From Candidatus Methanoperedens sp. (GTDB taxonomy: Archaea > Halobacteriota > Methanosarcinia > Methanosarcinales > Methanoperedenaceae): DNA of 32,000 bases. Position 1 is the stretch's first letter. The number at the start of each line of letters is the position of its first letter. Below, one piece after another: positions 26,269 through 32,000 of this stretch. The position numbers and the translations under genes were made by a program. Below the pieces are notes generated by a model. It had not been told where the DNA came from, searched no databases, and was given only the letters and a program-made list of their open reading frames with translations. Location of the stretch: the NCBI GenBank assembly GCA_041494705.1, contig JBGQBI010000002.1, forward strand, positions 210,001-242,000, read 5' to 3'.

Positions 26269-26607
26269 ATGGCCGAAGACGATGAACTTGCACTGATAAA
26301 AAAGAAGAAACTTGAAGAATTGATGAAACGCCGGCAGGATATTCTGACCCCTAAACCGCCTGCCGTCATAGAAGTGTTCACCTCCCCGACATGCCCGCAC
26401 TGTCCGAGGGCGCTTGAAATGGCAAAGCAGCTTGCGATGGAAATGCCCGGCATACAGGTTGTGGAGCAATCAACAGCCACGCCTCAGGGTTTTGCCAGGG
26501 CTGCATTTTATGGCGTGCAGGCGGTTCCCACCGTATTCATTAATGGCAAACGCGCTTTCGTTGGAGCGCCGCCTTCTATCGAGGCATTGAGGCAGGCGGT
26601 GAAGTGA
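26269..26607 (+). CDS. Thioredoxin-fold (glutaredoxin-like) protein with a charged N-terminal extension
   Basis: CPHC active site in VIEVFTSPTCPHCPRA, and cis-Pro region VPTVFING. The ATG at 26269 lies 1 nt after the upstream stop. Confidence 0.8.
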   Translation: MAEDDELALIKKKKLEELMKRRQDILTPKPPAVIEVFTSPTCPHCPRALEMAKQLAMEMPGIQVVEQSTATPQGFARAAFYGVQAVPTVFINGKRAFVGAPPSIEALRQAVK

Positions 26608-26650
26608 TTATAGTTGAGATCCTAATTTTTCAAACAAATTCTTAAGAATA

Positions 26651-26716
26651 CTTTGCGTACTTGGCGCCTTTGCGGTGTGCGATTTTATTCACCGCAGAGA
26701 CGCAAAGGTCGCAAAG
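26651..26716. repeat. Long imperfect inverted repeat (27-nt arms, 12-nt spacer) between convergent genes
   Basis: Arms 26651-26677 (CTTTGCGTACTTGGCGCCTTTGCGGTG) and 26690-26716 (CACCGCAGAGACGCAAAGGTCGCAAAG). By my hand alignment, 22 of 27 positions are complementary. Confidence 0.75.
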
Positions 26717-26754
26717 ATAGTTTTAATTGTTTGGTTTTTAACTATAATTTATTT

Positions 26755-27231
26755 TTATTTTAAAGTTTTCAGATATTCCAGGAGGTCGTTTTGGTCTTCA
26801 TCCGACATCTGCCACACAGGCATTGGCGGCTTAAGCCTCTTTCCTTCTGAATCAAGACCTTCCGTTATCGCTCTTTTTATAAGCTCGTCCGTGTACGGTT
26901 TTTCACCCTCGATACCCGATGCCAGCGAGGAATACCTGATATCAGAAGCATTGAAAGTCCACATCATCATTCGTCCCCGCCCTCCTTTTCCATCAGCCCC
27001 GTGGCAAGCGGCACAGCTCATCATCCCGCCGCGCATTGTCATAGCTCCTATCGATGAAATTATTGGTTTACCTGAATTTGAAGTAGCAGTGAAATAAATC
27101 CGTTCCCCGTTGCTTTGAAAATCTGATGAGCTTATAGTGTACCTGCTGTAAGACTGCGAATAGAAGTTCACAGCAAAAAGACCTATCACTCCCACTGCAA
27201 TAAGAATTATTGCAATTTTGAGGTTTTTCAT
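26755..27231 (-). CDS. Membrane-anchored mono-haem c-type cytochrome
   Basis: N-terminal TM IAIILIAVGVIGLFAV, a single CxxCH motif (CAACH), and a candidate distal Met in PPMPVW. Confidence 0.8.
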   Translation of the reverse strand: MKNLKIAIILIAVGVIGLFAVNFYSQSYSRYTISSSDFQSNGERIYFTATSNSGKPIISSIGAMTMRGGMMSCAACHGADGKGGRGRMMMWTFNASDIRYSSLASGIEGEKPYTDELIKRAITEGLDSEGKRLKPPMPVWQMSDEDQNDLLEYLKTLK

Positions 27232-27452
27232 ACAATGTCTTTCTTTTTCTCTTCGAATTCTTCTTTGCTTATTTCCCCGTTTGCGTATCTTTTCTTCAGG
27301 ATTTCAAGTGCAGACTCATTTTCAGCTTTAGCGCCGCCGTGTTCCCACAGGTACTTAATCAGCAGCACAATCCCGATGAACAGCAGTATCCAGAATATAA
27401 ACCCAAGTATCCACCAGCCGCCGTATCCATAGTCCATCATTCCATATTGCAT
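27228..27452 (-). CDS. SHOCT-domain small membrane protein
   Basis: The ATG at 27452 is preceded by GGAGGT. Gly/Tyr/Trp-rich TM (GGWWILGFIFWILLFIGIVLLI) and a C-terminal LEILKKRYANGEISKEEFEEKKKDI SHOCT pattern. ATGA overlap with the cytochrome c gene. Confidence 0.75.
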   Translation of the reverse strand: MQYGMMDYGYGGWWILGFIFWILLFIGIVLLIKYLWEHGGAKAENESALEILKKRYANGEISKEEFEEKKKDIV

Positions 27453-27508
27453 ATTATACCTCCACAAATAATAATTAGTTTTTGCACTATAAAAAGAAAG
27501 CGGTTGAT

Positions 27509-27540
27509 AAAAAATAAAAAAAGTTTGGGCTCTCGCCCAA
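27509..27540 (-). terminator. Hairpin plus oligo-T tract downstream of thi4
   Basis: The minus strand reads TTGGGC-GAGA-GCCCAA, then AC-TTTTTTT-A-TTTTTT. It begins 17 nt after the thi4 stop. Confidence 0.45.
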
Positions 27541-27556
27541 TGCTGTTGAGTTAAAA

Positions 27557-28405
27557 TTATTCTGTCACAAGTACATCGGGCGCACGGTGGCTAATTTTTA
27601 TGCCTTTGCCCACACCTTTCACTTTGACGCCCATGATTTTATCGTAAGCAAGCTCTGCCGCTTTCTGCCCTGCAAGGAGCATGCCGCCAAATATCGGTCC
27701 CATGCGCGGCGCGCCGTATGTAGAAGTGGCTGCCATGCCTGCGACAATGAGACCCGGATAAATCTCGTGGGTAAGTTCAACAGTCTGTTTCTCGGCTTCG
27801 TCCACCCAAAGGGAGCCGCAGCCTTTCGGAACCGGGATTCCAGACCTCTGCTCGCTCAGGCGCTTGACAAGTACAGAGTCATGTCCCGTGGCATCAATTA
27901 CTACTTTTGACCTTATCGCTATCGGGTCCATGCATGTCATGAACGGCGGCATCTGTTTTGCAGGGAACCACTGGATAACTACACCTTCAACATGGTCTTC
28001 TTTAAGAATAATATCATCAACATTCGTAGAGTTAAGCAATTTCACACCTGCATCACATGCGCTTGCAAGCATCTTTGAGACCATCTCAAAAGAATCGCAA
28101 ACGTAAAGTCCATTTCCGGCGTCTTTGAGATTTACGCCGCACTCTTCGAGTATCTTGTTAGCCGGAGCCCCGACAGTGTTTTTAGGCATAAGATAGCCAC
28201 CCTGCCACATACCTCCACCGCCGTAGATGTTTCTTTCTATCATGACGGTCTTAAGACCTTTCTCTGCACAGTATTTTGCAGCCGCGACACCGCAGGGTCC
28301 TGAGCCAACAACAACAACATCGCTGTCAAGAATATTCTGTAAGAAATCATCTAGGAATTCATTAACTATCGTTTTTGTAACATGTATCTCGCTGATATTT
28401 GTCAT
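27557..28405 (-). CDS. thi4: Thiazole synthase Thi4 (ADP-thiazole synthase), Cys-type active site
   Basis: VVVVGSGPCGVAAA FAD/NAD fold, GGGMWQGG, VIDATGHD, GAPRMGPIFGGMLLAGQKAA. TCMDP occupies the position of HIDP in M. jannaschii-type enzymes. Confidence 0.92.
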   Translation of the reverse strand: MTNISEIHVTKTIVNEFLDDFLQNILDSDVVVVGSGPCGVAAAKYCAEKGLKTVMIERNIYGGGGMWQGGYLMPKNTVGAPANKILEECGVNLKDAGNGLYVCDSFEMVSKMLASACDAGVKLLNSTNVDDIILKEDHVEGVVIQWFPAKQMPPFMTCMDPIAIRSKVVIDATGHDSVLVKRLSEQRSGIPVPKGCGSLWVDEAEKQTVELTHEIYPGLIVAGMAATSTYGAPRMGPIFGGMLLAGQKAAELAYDKIMGVKVKGVGKGIKISHRAPDVLVTE

Positions 28406-28510
28406 AATTTCACCCTGAGTTAATAGGGCTTCCGCCGACTATAAACTTTTCGAAGCAAAGACAACAAGATTTATGCTCATTGAAATAAATTATCGTTGGA
28501 GGAACAACCA

Positions 28511-28870
28511 ATGGCTTATTTCTTCTTAAATATGATACTTATGAGCAGTTCTGTAATACTTGCTCTTATCGGGCTCTATTTTGTAGTCCGGATATGGATA
28601 AAATGGAGAAATATCGATATGGATATACTTAAGGCAAGGGTTTTTCTTAATAAAAAGTTCTTGGAAACGAACTGGAGATATGTTTTCCTCTCAGGTGCTT
28701 CATTAACAGCCCATCAGTTCATGGGTTTCCTGATACAATTAAATTTTATCACAGGCGATTTAATATCTTCACTATCAGAAATTTTAAATTTTATGGCGCT
28801 TGTGTTCCTTTTGATCCTTGCCTACGAATGGCTTGTTTTGATTTCCGCAAAAAAGAATCGATTTTTATGA
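28511..28870 (+). CDS. Hypothetical integral membrane protein (about 3-4 TM)
   Basis: The ATG at 28511 is preceded by GGAGGA (28498-28503). Several hydrophobic helices. No recognisable family. Confidence 0.45.
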   Translation: MAYFFLNMILMSSSVILALIGLYFVVRIWIKWRNIDMDILKARVFLNKKFLETNWRYVFLSGASLTAHQFMGFLIQLNFITGDLISSLSEILNFMALVFLLILAYEWLVLISAKKNRFL

Positions 28871-28871
28871 A

Positions 28872-31430
28872 TTAACGCATAATAACTATTATAGCAGTAC
28901 CTACCTCAAGAACATCCACCGCTTTTCCTTTCAGGAGCCTTTCTTTTTCAACTGTAAAATATGATTGGTCAAGAGTAACATCCTCCTCATCCACATGGAT
29001 TGTGATGCTTCCCGATTCAGCGGCTTTTGCATCTGCTTTCATAAGGGCTTCGGCTATGGGTTTTGCCCTGCTCCTGAATGTTTTACCAAGAACCTTCATA
29101 TTGGGCTTGATACCGATGGGAACCATCTCAAAATCCGGCGCTCCGGTGTTGAGTTTAATTGCAGAATTAGCAGCCCCTGCAATATCCGATGCATCCGGGA
29201 TAGATGAATAAATCTCTATGTCCTTTAGCGGTGTATTTAGGGCCATGCCGTGTTCGGATTTGTATCGCCTGATAGCAGCAGTTATCTCTTTTATCAATTC
29301 ACCTGTTGCCTCCACATCTTCATCGATCAGTGATTCATCCGCGTCTGGCCACGGCTGAAGATGTACGCTTTCCTGCTTTATATGGGAATAGATTTCTTCG
29401 GTGAAATAAGGTAAAAACGGCGCAAGGAGCCGGGAAAGGGTTTCAATTGCCACATAAAGGGTATATTGTGCAGCCTGTTTTCTCTCTCCTTCCTCTCCAT
29501 ATAACCTTGATTTTATAAGCTCGATATAATTATCTGCCAGGATATCCCAGGTAAATCCCCGGATAGCTTTGAAAGTCTCGTCAAACTGGTAGGCATCCAT
29601 TTTTTCAGTTGCATCTTTTACCAGCCTGTTCAACTTGCTGAGGAGCCAGAGGTCAATAGGCGCATACGGCGCGGGAGTATCTGAAATATGGGGCATCGAG
29701 AAACGCACAATGCTCCATAGTTTCTGCAAAAACCGCGAGCCTGCGACAACATCTTTCCATGAGAAAATGATATCCGAGCCAGTGGTTCCGCCAATGGCAG
29801 CCCACTGCCTGAACGCATCGGCGCCGTGCTGCTTGATAACTTCTTCAGGTATGACGAAGTTATTGCGGGACTTGCTCATCTTGTGGCCGTCTTCGCCAAG
29901 TACCATCCCGTTAAGCAGTATGGTATCCCAGGGCTTTTTATCGAGCATTGCTTTTGACCGAAGTATTGTGTAAAAAGCCCATGTGCGGATAATGTCATAA
30001 CCCTGCGGGCGAAGCTGGGCAGGCAAAAGCAGCGGATGGTCGCTTAGCCAGCCTGAGACATGAAGAGCAGATATTGATGAATCCATCCAGGTATCAAGGA
30101 CATCCTCTTCCCCTCTCCACTCCGTAGAGCCGCATTCACATGCTTCAGGCGGCTTTTTCTGCGTCGGGTCAAGCGGCAGCCACTCTTCTTTTGCCACTTT
30201 TGTCTTGCCGCACTTTTTGCAGTACCATGCCGGAATCGGTGTTGCAAAAATCCTCTGCCTTGATATGCACCAGTCCCATTCCATAGTCCCTGTCCAGTTC
30301 TCAAGCCTCACTTTCATATAGTCTGGAACCCAGGCGACCTGGTTTGCGGTATTGAGTATATCATCGTGGATTATCCTGACAAACCACTGCCGCTCCGAGA
30401 GGATTTCAATGGGCGTCTTGCATCTCCAGCAAAGACCAACGTTCTGCGGCAGCTCTTCCTGTTTGTAAAGGATTCCGGCATTTTTCATGTCCCCGATTAT
30501 TGCTTTCTTGCATTCTTCAGTGCTTAAGCCAGAATATTTGCCTGCAAGCTCTGTCATCTTTCCGGTTTTGTCAATCGCTTTTCGAAGGGGGAGGGAGTGC
30601 TCGACCCACCATCTCACATCCTGCTTATCGCCAAACGTGCATATCATGACAACGCCCGTGCCAAAGGCAGGGTCAACATTCTTGTCAGCTATGACCAAGA
30701 CTTTATGACCGAAAACGGGGACTTTTACTTCGGTGTTCACATACTCGCCGTATCTCTCGTCATCAGGATTAACAGCGACCGCAACGCAGGCTGCAAGCAG
30801 TTCGGGTCTTGTTGTTGCAATCTTGAGTTTGTCAAAATTAAGGTAATTAAGAAGGGTGCTTCGCGAATCGTATTCGACCTCCGCGAACGCAATCGCAGTT
30901 TCGCAGCGCGGGCACCAGTTTACCGGGTGGTTTTGCTGGTATATCATGCCGCTTTCATGCATCTTAACGAAAGACCGCTGCGTTTTGCCATAGTATGCGG
31001 GTTCCATGGTGATGTATTCGTTGCTCCAGTCGATGGAAAACCCAAGGCGGCGCAGGCTTTTTCTCATTCGTCCGATATTCGTTTCGGTCAATTCCACGCA
31101 CATGCGGCGAAACTCCTCGCGCGAAACCTGACTCTTGGTTATGCCGTGTTTTTCTTCAACTTTCACTTCAGTTGGGAGCCCGTGGCAGTCCCAGCCTTCG
31201 GGGAACATCACGTTGTAGCCGCGCATCCTTTTGTAGCGCGCCACAAAATCGATGTAGCACCAGTTAAGCGCATTGCCGATATGGAAATTGCCTGTGGGGT
31301 AGGGAGGCGGCGTATCGATTATGAACTGGGGTTTTTGTGAATCCCAGTCGAAATAATACATGGAGTCCTGCCATGTATCCAGCCATTTTTCTTCGATAGC
31401 GTTAGAATCGTATTCTTTGGGGAGTTCCAT
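28872..31430 (-). CDS. valS: Valyl-tRNA synthetase
   Basis: [14 protein letters not shown] (HIGH variant), [22 protein letters not shown]. The ~850-aa size fits archaeal ValRS rather than IleRS or LeuRS. The likely start is the ATG at 31430 (MELPKEYD); the track ORF begins at a TTG at 31484. Confidence 0.87.
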   Translation of the reverse strand: MELPKEYDSNAIEEKWLDTWQDSMYYFDWDSQKPQFIIDTPPPYPTGNFHIGNALNWCYIDFVARYKRMRGYNVMFPEGWDCHGLPTEVKVEEKHGITKSQVSREEFRRMCVELTETNIGRMRKSLRRLGFSIDWSNEYITMEPAYYGKTQRSFVKMHESGMIYQQNHPVNWCPRCETAIAFAEVEYDSRSTLLNYLNFDKLKIATTRPELLAACVAVAVNPDDERYGEYVNTEVKVPVFGHKVLVIADKNVDPAFGTGVVMICTFGDKQDVRWWVEHSLPLRKAIDKTGKMTELAGKYSGLSTEECKKAIIGDMKNAGILYKQEELPQNVGLCWRCKTPIEILSERQWFVRIIHDDILNTANQVAWVPDYMKVRLENWTGTMEWDWCISRQRIFATPIPAWYCKKCGKTKVAKEEWLPLDPTQKKPPEACECGSTEWRGEEDVLDTWMDSSISALHVSGWLSDHPLLLPAQLRPQGYDIIRTWAFYTILRSKAMLDKKPWDTILLNGMVLGEDGHKMSKSRNNFVIPEEVIKQHGADAFRQWAAIGGTTGSDIIFSWKDVVAGSRFLQKLWSIVRFSMPHISDTPAPYAPIDLWLLSKLNRLVKDATEKMDAYQFDETFKAIRGFTWDILADNYIELIKSRLYGEEGERKQAAQYTLYVAIETLSRLLAPFLPYFTEEIYSHIKQESVHLQPWPDADESLIDEDVEATGELIKEITAAIRRYKSEHGMALNTPLKDIEIYSSIPDASDIAGAANSAIKLNTGAPDFEMVPIGIKPNMKVLGKTFRSRAKPIAEALMKADAKAAESGSITIHVDEEDVTLDQSYFTVEKERLLKGKAVDVLEVGTAIIVIMR

Positions 31431-31740
31431 ATTGCCGCTGTGATTACCTGCATGATTAATAGAATTATCGGTTTTCGGAAGCAATTTGAGTTTAAGGTTT
31501 TAGGATTTACAAAACATCTGAATTAATGAGAGTTATAATTCGTGTTGGTAGTTAGGTTAATGTGCAACACTTGCTACTAACCACCAAAAAAAAGAAACGC
31601 CAAACCTTCCCAAATCTTCCCTATTGGAAGCTTTATAACGCCCCCTATGAGTTATGGCTTAAAAGTTATACCAATACTAGCCTGCATTTCTGTTGGTTTA
31701 CCAGATTTTATATCTTGAATCTTAAAGAATTAGGTGATTT

Positions 31741-32000
31741 TTATCTTCTTCTCTCTAACCTTCTTAAAGCTGCTAATGAAATCAAAGTCTTATGATCTCC
31801 AATGTTAGCAACTACAACCCAAGCCCCATGAACTCCAGATCCCGTAATCCTGATAGGCAATCCTTCAACGTTAAACATTTTGTAACGCTCAGGTATGGGT
31901 TCATCGGGATATCTACATATTCTCTCTCCAACATTTCCAGGAACCTTGATTTCCGATAGTACTTCGCCAGATTTTTCAAAATCATCAGTGCCTACGAACT
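31741..32000 (-). CDS. Hypothetical protein, C-terminal 85 aa; the ORF runs off the right edge and is not in the supplied track
   Basis: My hand translation of the reverse strand is open from 31998 to a TAA at 31743-31741: FVGTDDFEKSGEVLSEIKVPGNVGERICRYPDEPIPERYKMFNVEGLPIRITGSGVHGAWVVVANIGDHKTLISLAALRRLERRR. No recognisable family. Confidence 0.45.
   Translation of the reverse strand, partial: FVGTDDFEKSGEVLSEIKVPGNVGERICRYPDEPIPERYKMFNVEGLPIRITGSGVHGAWVVVANIGDHKTLISLAALRRLERRR

Noticed and set aside
26675-27097. A 140-aa plus-strand ORF starting in the palindrome and running antisense through the cytochrome c gene.
   Set aside because: Its N-terminus is encoded by the inverted repeat, and the rest is antisense to a CxxCH cytochrome with a proper signal anchor.
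28406-28495. A possible TPP riboswitch in the thi4 leader.
   Set aside because: The ~90-nt upstream region has no CUGAGA/ACCUGA THI-box core and no extended pairing. It contains only a TATA-like element and a GGGTGA Shine-Dalgarno sequence.
30597-31340. A 247-aa plus-strand ORF inside valS, plus smaller ones at 28965-29211 and 29635-29973.
   Set aside because: They lie antisense to ValRS and have no recognisable domains. The composition is Arg/Ala/Val-rich and typical of a shadow frame.
10069-31430. Inteins or large insertions in aIF5B (10069-11832) or ValRS (28872-31430).
   Set aside because: The lengths (587 and ~852 aa) and the uninterrupted motif order match intein-free enzymes. There are no Cys/Ser...HN splice-junction blocks.
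31562-31795. A 77-aa plus-strand ORF (GTG start) in the AT-rich spacer.
   Set aside because: It has a low-complexity, Lys/Leu/Tyr-rich sequence typical of AT-rich noise. Its 3' end overlaps the better-looking minus-strand partial ORF (31741-32000).
1-32000. tRNA or rRNA genes, transposases, integrases, toxin-antitoxin systems, restriction-modification systems or other defence systems.
   Set aside because: I inspected the intergenic regions by eye for cloverleaf-like GC-rich segments and checked all ORFs of 60 aa or more for the relevant catalytic motifs. None was found. A tRNAscan or covariance-model scan would be needed to be certain about small RNAs.

Overview
The window is a gene-dense archaeal chromosomal core region. 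Evidence for archaeal origin: ribosomal proteins L7Ae, S28e, L24e and S19e, aIF5B, archaeal-type ApgM, Thi4, and very short or absent leaders. A membrane-anchored c-type cytochrome and moderate GC suggest a Methanosarcinales/ANME-like euryarchaeon, but that is inference only. I recognise about 45 CDS: purF (3' part); a GTPase/DUF2073-like/Zn-ribbon triad; a trpD-F-E-G operon; the conserved rpl7ae-rps28e-rpl24e-ndk-(lipoprotein)-infB cluster; apgM; a SemiSWEET-like PQ-loop protein; pyrD-pyrK; a CoA-disulfide reductase/NADH oxidase; rps19e plus a PDCD5-like DNA-binding protein; an FKBP/OB-fold/ABC-2 transporter/cysS string; MscS; a thioredoxin-fold protein; a SHOCT plus cytochrome c pair; thi4; and valS. 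I found no rRNA, tRNA, CRISPR, transposase, integrase or recognisable defence genes. The most interesting locus is 17016-19509, where four genes are translationally coupled. Two are KaiC/RecA-like proteins with degenerate Walker motifs, and the second is fused to an intact MglA-like small GTPase. They are followed by a Roadblock/LC7 protein and a CRM/YhbY RNA-binding protein, next to rps19e. Other signals: three ~60-nt tandem hairpin units with compensatory stem changes inside the GTPase operon (1261-1441); a phased array of TGTACA (TRP-box-like) sites at the trp promoter; box C/D (K-turn) motifs in the rpl7ae leader; a Cys-type Thi4 active site; and several palindromes at promoters or convergent gene ends. 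All functional calls rest on motif recognition by eye, with no database searches.
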